NCBI GenBank assembly: GCA_965112735.1
Contig: OZ218951.1
Span: forward strand, 1,178,001 to 1,242,000
DNA from: Phaeosaccion multiseriatum
Lineage: Eukaryota; Protista; Ochrophyta, other classes
Direction of reading: 5' to 3'
Length of the DNA stretch: 64,000 bases
Positions 26,323 through 39,100 of this stretch are shown here, one piece after another. Each line of letters begins with the position of its first letter. Positions within the stretch are counted from its first letter, which is position 1. The translations under genes and the position numbers were made by a program. The notes beneath the pieces were generated by a model, which saw nothing but the letters and a program-made list of their open reading frames with translations, ran no database searches and was not told the DNA's origin.

Positions 26323-26846
26323 CTCCAGGCCGAGACATTGCAAGGGAGGCTGGTCTTACAGCGCACGCACACGCACACGCACTGGCTGGTACACCACCCC
26401 ACCTCACCCCCACCCCCCCTGCCTCCCTCTTAAGCGCACCTGCGGCGGCGGCTTCATGACCGACTTCTTCTCCTCGTGCCCCTTGGAGGCCGCAATCTCC
26501 CCCAAGCTACGGTGGTCCGAGTACACAATTTGCGGTTTCTCGCCCGCCGCCTTGTTGGCTGCTGCATCTTCGGTAATGTTATCGAGGTTGACAAGGCCGA
26601 TATTCGTAGCTTCCCAAAGGTCATTACTCTTCTGCTGCTCTCCCCCCCCCCCTCCTCCCCCTCCTGACTCTCCTGTGCTGCCCACGGCAGGAGCAGCACC
26701 AGCAGGGCCGCTACTGGTGCCACTGAGGCTCACACTTTGACCGCCGTTGAAGTCTCCTCCCCCCCCCCCTCCTGCTTGTGCAAAAGGCATGCTTCCATTG
26801 GCCATGCCGATAGCCCCGAGAGTACCCCCCCCCCCCTCCCCCCCCT

Positions 26847-26882
<36 letters not shown>

Positions 26883-28479
26883 TGCTGTTGCTGCTGGAAG
26901 TACTGCTGCTGCTGTTGGGGCTGCTGCTGCTGGTGCTGCTGCTGCTGGGGCTGCTGTGGGTTCGTAGCGTCAAGGGTGTTGGTGGTGGTGGTAGCGGTGG
27001 TGCTGTATCCGCCCATGTTTTGAAACTGCATGCCGAGCTGCATGAGGGCATTTGCGTCTTGCTGCGTATCGGCCTTTTGAGGCGCACGGGTGGCGTAGGG
27101 ATCGAAATTGTCGTTTGGTGTCGGGGCGGGGGCAACACCTGGAAACAGAAAAAGTGGCGGGATGAGGAAGGGGGTGAGGGGACATTCCATCCACCATCAA
27201 AGAATCAAAGAATCGGAATAGCGTAGCATGTGTGGATGGATGAGGAAGGTGATAAGAGGTAACGAAAGAGGATGGCGAGAAGCAGCAACATTGCATCCAT
27301 CGCAATGCGCACACTTCTCGTGCGTTTAGAGAGCCCAATCAACGTTGCATGTTGGTTGCGTTGACACCACAGCCCCCGATGCAGAAAGAGAAGATCAGAT
27401 GCCCGATGTAGATAGGTCGAGTAGATAAGCTGTCTAATACCGATGAAGGAAGGCGGGTCATATCGATGCTGAATGGGAGTAGATAGAGAGATGGCGTACC
27501 TGTCAGAACGTCGCCCACGCCTGGTTCTGCAGCCTCTTGCTTGAGCTTTGTTGGCTTACTGCTGCCACTCGCTCGCCTAGCGGTACTGGTGGAGGCCCTT
27601 CTCTTCTTCTCCTCCGTCTGTGCCGTCTTGACGGACAGAGACATGGCTTTAGCAAGCTCAAGGTCATCATCCGTTGCATCGCCCCCTCCACCACCGCCTG
27701 TATACATGTCATCACTCCTGGCTGTCGTCCTCGTCCTACCGCTGTCACTCGATCTCCTCCCCGCCCCCCCGCCATTGTTGTTGAACCCGCCAAAGCCCCC
27801 TCCGCCGCCGCCGCCTCGGGCCCCAACGAGGGGCTCCATGTTTTGGAAGGGGATGCCATCGATGGAAAACTCGTACTCTGACTTCCCGCTACCTCCAATC
27901 TCAATGGTGAGCTTGTGCACTCCCATGGACCAGGAGAAGGCCCAGGAGATGGCGTACTTGGTGACTTCGTGGATTTGGCGGCCGTCGAACATTACGCGCT
28001 TCTTGCCCTTGGCTTTCGTGTGAAAGAGGATCACCTGCACACGTACACGTGTAGAGCGGAGGGGGAGGCAGACGCATCATTATGACCGCATCGAAGGGGG
28101 GGATGGGGTAAGCAAGCAAGCAAGTGGGCTAGGGAAGCACCGCCCTGGAGGGAAGCAACCTGCCCTGTCGGGGTGGGGGAACAATCGCGCACCTTCCCCG
28201 TGGTGTCTTCATCCCGCCAACAGGACAAGCCTCACTGCTCCTGGGACGAAAAGCAAAGACTGAGACGCCTCCCCCAAGCAGCCCTTCCTCTCTTCTCCCC
28301 CCCCCCCCCGCCCTTTTCCTCTTCCTCACCTCGTGCTCCTTCTTGTCATCCCCTAGCGCAAAGCGCCACACCACTCTTTTCTTCGAGTCCGCGGCCATCT
28401 TCCCCACCGCCCCGATCTCATGGTACCCGCTCCGAGGAACTTCCCTCTGTCTCGTTTCGTACACGCTATCGTAGCTCAT
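25765..28479 (-). CDS. FAIM-like beta-sandwich domain protein with UIM, clathrin-box-like motif and Gln/Met/Gly-rich tail, 4 exons
   Basis: Exons at about 28479-28330, 28034-27500, 27138-26440 and 26142-25765. The N-terminus reads KKRVVWRFAL..EHE|VILFHTKAKGKKRVMFDGRQIH...YEFSIDGIPF. Further motifs: DDDLELAKAMSLS (UIM) and LVNLD. Confidence 0.65.
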
Positions 28480-28945
28480 GTTCTCGCTTCCCCGAGTTCC
28501 CCGACGAGGAGAGTTTGGCTTTTTGCGAGTCGATCTTCCTCGTTTGCGAGGAGTATAAGAGTAGGGACAAGCTCACCAATGAAGATTTAATCACAAGCAC
28601 GAGTGCTTTTAGCAGTAGTTGTTTTTCCTTCCTTTCTTTGTTCTCTTTGGAATAATATCTCTTTACCAACAATTGCCTCGATCACCTCGGTGGATCTCAT
28701 CTGAAATTTCGGGGTCACTTTGCGTTTCCTCCGAATCCTCCTCCTTTCCCATACAGAGGGCAGGGCCTTCTTCTATCTTCCTTCGTCCTCCCTTATCCTC
28801 TGTGTTCACCCAACCACTTCTTCGGCCCCTGTTTTGCTCGCCACCTCCCATTTCAGCGCCCATGAACAGCTATAGGAAGAGGTGAAAGACCACAGAGAAC
28901 ACAATGGAGCTCTAGCAAAGTTCATTGGCGGGCGGCAGCGGCACG

Positions 28946-31132
28946 ATGCAAGAGATGCTGGCCTTCTGGGCCACCTCCAGGGCCAAGCTGGACCGTCTCT
29001 GTGCGGAGGATACCAGCTTCGCAACTAAAGTGGAGCACAGCTGCGGCGTCATCGAGAGGGCATTGGACCAATGGGGCACTGGCGGAGTGGCCATCAGCTT
29101 CAACGGAGGCAAGGACGCTTGCGTAGTATTGTATCTGCTGATGATTGTCCTGCACAAGAGGGGCCATCTGGATAGACTAGTGGGCGTCGCGACTGCGATT
29201 GGCAGTGCCGAGACATCATCATCAGAGCCAGGGAGCAACAGCATGTTCATGCCTGTCATCTACTTCGAGAAGGAGGAGTTCCCCGCGGTGGTGGAGTTTA
29301 TGGCGCAGGTCGGTTTTATCCATCGACCTCGTGTCTCCTTCCGCACCCCCTCCATCCATCCACCTCACCCCACTTGCTTCCTCTCTAATGTCGTCGTTCC
29401 TCCTTCCGCACCCCATCCATCCGTCCATCCACCCATCCACCTCGCTCCATTGGCCTCCCACTCTTCCTTCCTCTGTTGATCCACGTCCACCACAGGTGGT
29501 GTCCCGCTTCGGCTTGGCCGTGAAGCGCTATGCGTGCGGCTATCGAGAGGGCATGGAGCAGCTGGTGGGGGACAAGGGGGTGAAAGGAGTGCTGATGGGG
29601 CAGCGCTACGGAGACCCCTGGACCGACAACATGACCGATATGACTCCATCTACGCCAGGTGAGGGAGGGTGGTAGAGATTGAGCACGCTTCATTCGATGA
29701 TTGATCTTGAGGGGCGAGAGAAGCCCTCTCTCTCCTGCGCGTCTGCGCCACAGGCATTCAGTTAGGAGAAGAAGGGGCTGTTACACTCCACCTTCCCCCC
29801 CTCACGGCACAAGTCCACAAGCCTCTGCATGTCCTCTGTAGCTCCAACAGCGTTGCTCCTCTTTGAGCGGCCTTTGTCGCCCATGGCCCCAGCCAACCGC
29901 ACCGCTCCCCCCTCCTTCCTCTTTCACTTGGCTCTGCTCGCCTCTGTCCTCCGCTCTTCGCTCACCGCACTCACCGGGCCGATATCCCCACCTTCCCTTC
30001 CCACCCACTTACCCTACCACAGGCTGGCCCGACTTTACTCGGATCAACCCTATCCTGAGCTGGGAGTACAAGCATGTGTGGCACTTCATGAAGGGCCTGG
30101 AGCTGCCGTACTGCCAGCTCTACGATCAGGGCTACACAAGCCTGGGAGAGATTAAGGTGCGTGGTTGTGGCCGTACATGATATTCAGGCGAAAGTCTTAT
30201 ATTTTCTACTCCCTGCAATGTAGTGTAAGCACGGTCAGTGCGGAGGGGGGCCTCCTCCCAGCGGTGGGTCACCCGCTCTCGCTCTTCCCTTGCATGGGCT
30301 GCTTTCCTCCGCTCTTCCTCCCCCCCCCGCGCACCCCATGCTGGCTGCGCTCCTCCTTCCTTGGTCCAAAGTGCGTTCTTTTCTTAATCCGTTACGTGGT
30401 CTGTTGCTGCTGCTTCTACCGCTGCTGCTGCTGTTCTCCTACGCATTCCCCCCCCACTCGCCGCCTGTAACTGCAGGACACGGTAAAGAACAGCGCCTTG
30501 CTGCGCAGCGACGGCACCTATCGAAATGCCCACGAGCTCACAGATGCCTCCTTGGAGAGGGAGAACAGAACGCCTGTGCCCCAGACGGAGGCAGGCTCGG
30601 AGGGGTCCTGCAGCGTGGTTGGGGCTGGAGCAGAGGAGGAGGAGGGGGGGGAGGAAGAGGGTGAGGAGGGAGGTGAGACCGCGAGGGTGACTGCGAAGAA
30701 GGCCAGGGGAGAGGGGGGGGATGTGACACTGTCCAACCTGAGGAAGGCGTCGTTTATCTTGGAGGGGCTGGCTAGCGGGGAGGAGAAGGCAGCTGTATCA
30801 CCAACAACTGATGCTGATTCTGCTGCTGGTGCTGCGGAGGAGGAGGAGGAGGAGGAGGAGGAGGAGGAGGAGGAGGTGCAGACGACTTGGGATGGAGAGG
30901 AAAGCGGCGAGAAGGGAGGCAGGATAGCAGCAGCGAGTTCAAGAGCAGCAAGAGGAGTAGCAGCTGAAGCAGGGGGCGGGTTAGAGGGGACGGGGACGGT
31001 GGAGCTTGCGGCAGCCGCAGCAGTTGGTGATACAGCAGCAGCCGCCGCCCGCGCGCTCGTAGAAAGCAGTCGCAGTGGGGGGAAGAGACATCCAATAGAC
31101 AAATGCAGCAGCAAATTAAAGGTCAGCAGCAC

Positions 31133-31164
<32 letters not shown>

Positions 31165-31283
31165 CAAGTAGGAGCAAGAGCAATAGTGGCCTCCTTCCGT
31201 CGCACAAGGAGTGGAGAGTGCCCGTGGTGCTGTGCCTAGTCATTGCATTGGGTGCCTTCTTCAGAGGCGGGCCAAAGTCGTAA
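28946..31283 (+). CDS. FLAD1: FAD synthetase (PAPS-reductase family) with long acidic C-terminal extension and terminal hydrophobic helix, 4 exons
   Basis: [23 protein letters not shown]|[37 protein letters not shown], and [15 protein letters not shown]...ERENR. Exons at about 28946-29308, 29496-29658, 30023-30156 and 30477-31283. Confidence 0.9.
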
Positions 31284-32413
31284 ACAATCCATGAAAACAT
31301 GAGTACTGTAAATACAATAGTTGATTTTTCATTAAAGCATGACTTACCTGTGTCAAGAGCACAGCACAGGTTACGGTGAGAAAGAAGGACAAGGATTCCA
31401 CCGTCTACCTCGTCCCGCGTTAGCGCAGCCGTGCGCAGCCACGGAGGGTGAGTTTGAGGCCTTGGGCTTTCTCACCCTGCCGTGGCAGGTGTGTGGAAGG
31501 GTGACTTGTAGAGTGCCAAGTCACACACTGGTGGGTGAGTTTTGCATATTTCTCATCCGGGGTTTTTTTTTGAAGTCGAGCTTCAGTAGGGGAAACCGCT
31601 TGAGTTGCGTGGGGACACGCAACAGTCTTGTCAGGGGGGTGTTAGAAGTGCAGGGATGGCTGACGGGGATGTTGAAAGTCAGTCGTATGTCAGTGGCCCA
31701 GGCCTAGGCAACACAGTGAGAAACGGTGCCCGTTTCTCACTACCCTCCTGCAGGTGGTCGTTTAGGACAGTGCATAGATAAGCTAATAGATACAAGGCTG
31801 GCTGTCAGGCTAGCTTTGGGGTGCTGCTACCTTATCTGTGTGTCTAGTCCGTTTCGTGGAGGTCTAAGCACGACCTTTCACACGTGCTCTGTGTGTGTGT
31901 GCGTCTCGCGGGAGCCCAGCAGCGGCGACACAAGTGCCGCAGTGTGTAAGGGGGGGGGGGCTCGCGCCAATCACTAACCCGAAGGGCAAGAGGGGGGGGG
32001 GAGGAGGAGGAGGAGGAGGAGCAGGAGGAGGAGCAGGAGGAGGAGGAGGAGGAGGAGGAGGAGGAGTAGGAGTAGGAGTAGGAGTAGGAGTAGGAGTAGG
32101 AGGAGGAGGAGGAGGAGGAAGAGGGCTCCAAGAGAGAAGAGGGCAGGGAGAGGGTGGGGCTTGCGGTGCGGTGGTCGCAGTTACGGGCCAGTTTATTTGC
32201 AGACGTGCCCTGCTCTGGGGGCTAGCACTTCCCTTTCTTCCGGTCAGGTGCCTCTTTTACGACGTGTCCAAGCTGCAGAACTCACTCTCCTAGTTGGCCT
32301 TGTTATAGCAGCGCTCCACATGTACCTCCGTCTCTGTCTCTTCTCACTCCCTATGCGTTTCTGCCTCTCGCTTGCGCTCCCCCTCTCGATCCCTGCCTCT
32401 ATGCCCCTATGCC

Positions 32414-32484
<71 letters not shown>

Positions 32485-32582
32485 CCCCTCTCTCTCTCTC
32501 GTCCACTCTCAATTGCTTCCCCTTGCACGGCCTGGCCAGTCAACTGAAGAGCCCTCCCCCTCTTCACCACCTGTCGCTCTCC

Positions 32583-33617
32583 TCAGTCGTCGCAGTCGCA
32601 GGGGTGTCCATTGAGGTGAACCCACACCTTCATCTCGTAGAAAACTTCGTCGCTGATGTCCCACTCCTCCCCTTCGAATTGTTCTTCATACATGTCTCTG
32701 TCTAGGATGACCTGCGGGCAGGACCGATCGTCCCACGGGCACTGCACTTCCTCTGACCGGAGCCATTGGAGCATTGCCAGGCTCTTGCCTCCCAGTACTG
32801 CTGAGTGACAAATGTCTGGGTCCCAGCGGCAGAGGTGGCGGGCATGGGCGTGTAGGAGCTTTAGTACCTCAAGGTGTCCGTGGAAAGCAGCATGTGTAGT
32901 CCCATTGCGCCATTTTCCGTCTCTATTCTCTTCCAGCAAGGCCCTCGTGGGGGGATGACTGATCAGGTACTCCACCACGGGAACGTGCCCCCCCCCGCAA
33001 GCTGCAATCCAGCTCTTGAAGGTAAATGGAGCACTGCCTTCCTCCGATCGAAGCCACTTCAACACCTCTAACTTGCCCTCTCTGCCAGCCTCTCCACAAA
33101 TTTGTTCATACCATGGATACCTCTTCTTCTCGGGAGAATCTTCGGACCGCAACCACTGAATGATACTCAGTCCATGCTGCTCGTTGTGTAAGGCTTGCGT
33201 GTACACTTGACTATTCCATACTTCCAGACAGACCTTCTCATAGAGAAATTTAAACGCTTCGATATGTCCGTGCCTAGAAGCGACCAGGAAGAGACTCTGA
33301 GTTGGCACCAGGCCCTGGCGTATCGCCCATTTCAGACATTCTGCAGAGCTGACCACAGACGACAAGGTTGTCTTCACGCCCGGGAAAAAACGGGTGTAGT
33401 GGGCCCTCCACTCCCTACTCGTACCAGCCACAAAGAGGAAATGCCCCTTTCCCACCCATTTTAGTACGGCCTGGAGCAGCTCAACATTCGCCAAAGCCTC
33501 GTGGCAAGCTTCATGCAGTACTTCGTTCACTCCTCCTTCGGACAACGCAGACCCCCCATCCTCGCTGGATTCAGAGGCTGAAGGAGGTGGAATTCCACCC
33601 TCGCCTTGCCCTTCCAT
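32583..33617 (-). CDS. Intronless ankyrin-repeat protein with F-box-like N-terminal segment
   Basis: LQAVLKWVGKGHFLFVAGTSREWR is followed by repeated A...GHLEVLK.L, LKWLRSE and CPWD units. Confidence 0.8.
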   Translation of the reverse strand: MEGQGEGGIPPPSASESSEDGGSALSEGGVNEVLHEACHEALANVELLQAVLKWVGKGHFLFVAGTSREWRAHYTRFFPGVKTTLSSVVSSAECLKWAIRQGLVPTQSLFLVASRHGHIEAFKFLYEKVCLEVWNSQVYTQALHNEQHGLSIIQWLRSEDSPEKKRYPWYEQICGEAGREGKLEVLKWLRSEEGSAPFTFKSWIAACGGGHVPVVEYLISHPPTRALLEENRDGKWRNGTTHAAFHGHLEVLKLLHAHARHLCRWDPDICHSAVLGGKSLAMLQWLRSEEVQCPWDDRSCPQVILDRDMYEEQFEGEEWDISDEVFYEMKVWVHLNGHPCDCDD

Positions 33618-33771
33618 GAGTCCCCAAAGTAGGGCTGTTGTACATGTGGACGTCGTCGCCAAATTCCTTCCTTGGTGCCCTCGCGATCCACGATCCCCAC
33701 TCCTTCGCCAAGAGCGCCATTGCTGGGCTGACGCTCGCTCATCTGCCAGTGTGCTCTCCTCTGGCAATCAG

Positions 33772-35106
33772 ATGCAGTGGTCACTGCTGCTCTGTCTGGT
33801 TGGCGTGGCTGCTGCGGCCTCTGCTCGAGGAGGAAGCGTCCTCGACTTGACCGAAACAGCGGCATTTCGGCAGGCGGGGGAGACGGCGGAGAAGGATGAC
33901 GCCTTGCTGTTTGTGGAGTTCTACGCTCCGTGGTGCTCCAAGTGTACCAAGCTCGAGCCTGTGTTGGAGGTGATCTCTCGCAAGGCGACCAGCATTACTT
34001 GGGCCAAGGTGGACGTGACAGAGAACAAGGAGCTGGGCAAGGAGTTTGGTGTGACGTCGTACCCGCTGCTCATGTTCTTGTACAAGGGGCGCTGGTCGGA
34101 ATACGAAGGAGCAGCCAACCAGGACGGGCTCCTGGGTTTCGCTGAGAAGATGAGCCTGCCGGCCGTAAAGGTGGTCACCTCGGTGGACCAATTGGTCGCC
34201 ATCACGGCTGCAAAGGAAGATGCAGACGACGAGAACAATGGTGTTGCCTTTGTCTTTTGCTCGGGCCCAAAGGATAAACAGCCCAAGAAGCAGGATAAGT
34301 CTCCGGCGGAGGTGTTTGTCAAGGCGGCGAATGCACTGAAACAATACGGCATGTTTGCCTCCACCTCCACCCCAGACGTGGTCCAGCTGGTGTGCGCCGC
34401 CTCCGGCCAAGACCAAGAGAAGCCCAACAGGCCCAAGACGCCGTCCCTCGCCAAGTTGGAGCGCGGCGAGCCTCCCATCCTCTATGACGGAGCCATGGAC
34501 AATGCTGTGCTCGTGGAGCGCTGGATGAGGCTCAACAACGTTCCGCTGCTCTCCAGGGTGGAGGCATCCAACTTTGGTAGGCTAACCGGCCATCAGCAGC
34601 TCCTCGTGCTCGGTGTGGTGGACGAGTTCGCCACCCCCCCAGAAGAACTGACAGCGCTCCTGCAAGAGTACAAGAGCATGGCAAGGGCTCTGCCTCAGCG
34701 GGTGCGAGACGACTGCAACTTTGGCTGGCTGGACGCGCGCAAGTGGGCAAGCTTCGTGGAAGGCTTTGGTATCTATGCCGGCGATGACTTGCCTCAGTTT
34801 GTGGTTCTGGACGAAGGCGCAGGCGTGTTTTACGCAGACAGCACTCTCCACACCACCGAGCAAGCCGCCCAGTTTGTAGCGGATGTGATGGATGGCAAGG
34901 TCAGGCCCCAGAAGAATAGATACTTGGCCGATTTTGTCAAGCGTGTCAAGCACCGCTTCATCTTCTACTGGCCTATGAGCGGCATCATGCTGGCGCCAGT
35001 TTTGCTCATCATCTGGGCCCTGTTCTTCTCGCCAGACACGTCGCCCCCTGTAGAGGAGGAGGAGGAGCAGGAGGGAGCGCAAACCACCAGATCCAAGAGC
35101 GATTGA
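33772..35106 (+). CDS. Thioredoxin/PDI-family transmembrane protein (TMX3-like), intronless
   Basis: Signal peptide MQWSLLLCLVGVAAAASA, FVEFYAPWCSKC, AKVDVT, GVTSYPLL, b/b'-like domains, a C-terminal TM (GIMLAPVLLIIWALFF) and an acidic tail ending RSKSD. Confidence 0.88.
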   Translation: MQWSLLLCLVGVAAAASARGGSVLDLTETAAFRQAGETAEKDDALLFVEFYAPWCSKCTKLEPVLEVISRKATSITWAKVDVTENKELGKEFGVTSYPLLMFLYKGRWSEYEGAANQDGLLGFAEKMSLPAVKVVTSVDQLVAITAAKEDADDENNGVAFVFCSGPKDKQPKKQDKSPAEVFVKAANALKQYGMFASTSTPDVVQLVCAASGQDQEKPNRPKTPSLAKLERGEPPILYDGAMDNAVLVERWMRLNNVPLLSRVEASNFGRLTGHQQLLVLGVVDEFATPPEELTALLQEYKSMARALPQRVRDDCNFGWLDARKWASFVEGFGIYAGDDLPQFVVLDEGAGVFYADSTLHTTEQAAQFVADVMDGKVRPQKNRYLADFVKRVKHRFIFYWPMSGIMLAPVLLIIWALFFSPDTSPPVEEEEEQEGAQTTRSKSD

Positions 35107-35124
35107 ATCTGACCGCGGCATGTG

Positions 35125-35155
<31 letters not shown>

Positions 35156-36071
35156 CAATCTGGAAGTTCTTCCGGCGCGTCACCCTCTCCCATTCGACGC
35201 ATTTGCGCACATGGACATGGTGGAATGGGAAACTCGACCACCCGCCACAGCCAGCAAGGGAGCTTAACATACACAGCAGGCAGCACTGTGCACGCACGGG
35301 ATAGGGTGTACAGCCCATGTGCTCTGCCATGACTCCCACCACCCCGTTGCGCAGCGAAACGGAGCAGAACTGGGGGCTGGGTGGGCGCTTGGAAGGGAGG
35401 TTTCCGAGGATTCCCTCTCGCACTTCCGTCGCTGCTGTGGGACTCCTTGCGGCGTTGATACCTCCCACACCCACACCCTGAGCTGAGCTGAGCTGAGCTG
35501 AGCTGAGCTGAGCGGAGCGGAGCGGCCGATAGAAGTGCCGGAGCGCAAGATGGAGACCATTTGCTTGTTTTCCCACAGCAGCCTCCTGCCTCTCGCTCTC
35601 TCTCGCAACCTCCAAGTAGAGGAGCCTCATCAGACCGCACAATGATGAGGCAGCGCACCGGCACCTGTACTACGCTGGGGGGATACGATACGCCCTGCCG
35701 ATCTATCCCCTCTGAAAAGAGAGCTGACGAAAAGCCAGGCTCGGGTCACAGGGTTGACCATTGAAGCAAGGGGGGGGGGGGGGGGCGGAGCTTCGGCCCA
35801 GCAGCAGAGCCCTCCCTCCCCACCCCACACTCGGGAGGCGCAGAGAGGGGAAGGAATTCGGCCCCTGACATGCTTCTGAGACACGCCAGCCCAGAAGCAG
35901 GAAGCAGCCTTGGCCCTCATCATTGCCTTATTACATGGCTTTCCCCCAGAACCTGGGGGGTTGGTTGGCGCCGGCCAGAAGCAGGAAGCAGGGTCGCCTC
36001 AGAAGTATGTCAGGGGCCGAAAGGAATCGTGTGGATGGAGATACTGACACACGCTTCATTCGGTAGCCTCT

Positions 36072-36152
36072 ACGTAATAAAGGAAGGTTTTCTTCTCCAT
36101 CAAGAACTCTCACGTAATAAAGGAAGGTTTTCTTCTCCATCAAGAACTCTCA
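36072..36152. repeat. 40-bp direct tandem duplication
   Basis: ACGTAATAAAGGAAGGTTTTCTTCTCCATCAAGAACTCTC occurs twice back to back. Confidence 0.9.
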
Positions 36153-36186
36153 TTCACCTCTCTTTGGTCGCCGTTGGTCTCATCTC

Positions 36187-39100
36187 TCACAGAGCCGTCA
36201 GCCGTGGCCGCACCCCCTGGGGATTGCCCGCGTCACTGACCATCTTGCTCACAACGATAGCGCACGCCCCCCCCACCAGACCCAACCAAATGGCGTTGTT
36301 CCTCCTCTCCCGCTTCTCAACCTGCTCCCGCATCGCCTTCTTCGCCGCCTCTTCACCGCTCCGTTGGCTGCCATCTTCTCCATGTTGTTGTCCCGCCGCC
36401 GCTGCCCCTCCTGCCCCATGCCGTCTCGCCGCCCCTGCCCCATCTTCCCTTGCCGCCTTGTCAGCAGCCTTCGCCACAGCCCTGAGGGTGGGAAGCCCCG
36501 TCCATAGGAACTTTCTCCCCTGCCTGTCAACACCACCCCCCCCTCCTCCGCCGCCCCCCTCTTCCTCTTGCTCTTGTCCCCCTCGCGGCCCACCCCTACT
36601 TCTACTACTGCCAGCCATGGCCATGTCCTCAGCGCTGCCACTGCAAATTGCCGTTGCGTGAAGCTGGTTCAACAGATTGAGCTCGTTGGTACTATTGGCT
36701 TCTCGCAGTACCACCTCGGCGCTAAAGGGCACCACCGACGATTCCTCCTCCTCCTCCTCTTCCCCCTTCGTATACCCTCCTCCGCCGCCACCACCTGTGC
36801 CAGTCGCCCCTCCTCCTCCGCTCGCCATAGTAGAACCCCGCTGCTGGTCTGGGAGGACGGCATGCTGAGCCAAGTACGCCTCCATCTTCTCCAGCCCATG
36901 GCTTAGGTCAGACACGTCAAAGTACCTGGCGCAGATCTACACAAAAAAGGATGTGTGCGAAAGAAGGGCCGCGGAAAGACGGGCGTGCGGACGGAAGGAA
37001 CACAGAGAGAGGGAGAAGAGACAAGGGGCTATGAGGGAGGGCTCTGATGCCAAAACGGAGCAGCCCCCCCCCCCACCCCCCCCGCCCCCTCTTCACTTAC
37101 CCCAAAACGAAAGACCGAACAAAGCAACATATCAACGAAGGATTCTGAAACTTGTCAACCACCAACCACAGAACTCACCAATCGAAAGTGTCGTGTGACG
37201 TTTGTGTACTGCGGGAGGAGCGCGAGCAAGTGAGTGTCGCACATTGCCTCCGCCACGTGTCCAAACACGACGGCGTCCAGTCGAGTGGGTCTTGATCCAA
37301 AGAAGTAGTCAGGGGTCTGTGCTCCCGCCCATCCACTGCCGTCCCCCGCGCCCCCTTCCTCCCGCTTTCTCCTCCTGCCCCTCCCGGCCCCCGGCCCGCT
37401 GCTGCGGCTACCCCTGTTGCTCCCGACAGCCTCTCCAGGCGGCATCCCGGTCGTCTCTGCGGCCTCTGCTCCTGCCAACTCTTCTTCTCTCCCTGCCTCT
37501 GCCCCTTGGTCTCCTCCTTGCCTCCCGCTCTCCTCCTCCTTCTCCTCCTCCTCCTCCTCCTCCTCCTCCTCCTCTCCCTCCTGCCCGTTCTCATCACCCT
37601 CACCATCGTGGCCACGGGTGGTCTCAAGCCGCACGTCCAAGGCCGCGTAGCACTCCTCCGCCGCTGCGAGGAGATCGGCTGTCGGCAGATGCGACAAATG
37701 GCGGTCTGCACTCCGCCTGTGCGCCCCCCACAACAGCAACTTGGGACGGATCCAAGAGAGGGGAAAGGGAAGCACTGCCTTCAGCTGCGGCAAGACCGTC
37801 TGCATGCGCTCCGTCTCCGCTCGCTGGAGAGCCTCGTGCCCTCCCCACCTCTCCCCGAGGGCCTGCCGCTGCTGCCACTCAGAGGGTGTGGCAGCAGCAG
37901 CGCCTGTCAGGCCTACCCGCCACCGGAGCGCCCGCAGTAGGGGGTCGAGCTTCTCCTCTACGAGGGCGCTGAAGGCCTGGGCAGGGTCAGGGTCAGGGTC
38001 AGGGTCAGGGGACAGAGTCAGAGTACAGGGGAAAGGGGCAAGGGTCAGAGTCAAAGCAAGCAAAAGGGGTACTTAAGAGAGTCTTTGAGAGACGGAGGGC
38101 ACAGCCCTCCCACTATTTTCTACTCAAGTGAGCCCGAACCATTGTGGTTCCTACCACACTCCCCAAGTAAGTGCCCTCTTTGTGTTCTCTTTGATTGCAG
38201 ATAGCTCCTGACGCATCACCACCACAGATTGATTTAGGTGGAGAGAAAAGACAAGCAGACAGAGAGACAGATAGGCAGATGGATGGGCAGATGGATAGGC
38301 ATAGGCATGCCTTCAGAGCGTCTGAGCCCTAGACACAGAGCTTCTTTGATTCAGACTGTCTGACCGCTCTCTCTGAGGCTCGTCCCTCCGTGCTAAGGTT
38401 GTCTGTCTTACCTTGGAGTCGGCCCGTTCCGCTGCAGACAAATGTGCATCCAAGTTGCCATCCTGAGTGTACGAGGGTTGGGGGCAGGGGGTACGTACGG
38501 AGACGCAGTGGGGGAAGGGAAGGAAGGTCAATGCTATATCAGTTGCGGCGAGAGAGAGAGAGAGAGAGAGAGCGAGGGGAAGAGCGAGACAAAGAAGGAG
38601 AGTAGGGTGGCGCATTTGCATGTGAAAGGCGCGTGAAAGAGACCACCACTTCACAACACCATACACCTTCACGCGCACCCACTACCATGTTATGAATTAC
38701 ATGAATGCACCTGAGCGCTGGGTCTGGACGTCTGCAGGTGGTCGAATATGACGTGGGCAGGGAGGACGAAGTGCCCGTCCAGCAGCTGCGGGTAGGCGGA
38801 GGAGGTGGCGTTGTCGTCGAAGCGGCTGTTCTCCACTCTGTTTGCAGGGCATATGTATAGTCTAATGAGAGAGGGCATCTCAGCATACCTACAAATCTAC
38901 AGAGCGAAAGGCCAGGGGGGTGTGGTGAAGAAGGTATGCAGCAAAAGAAGATGACCAATCCCTCTCTCTCTCTCCTTTTATCTCCTCTGTTCCTCCGCCT
39001 GACCTGTAGGGAATGCCCGCAAATCGCAGGTATGCCTGAGGGAGGGGGACGGGACCGAGACACACAAGAGTTAAGAGAGGGAAAGGGAGGAAAGAGAGGG

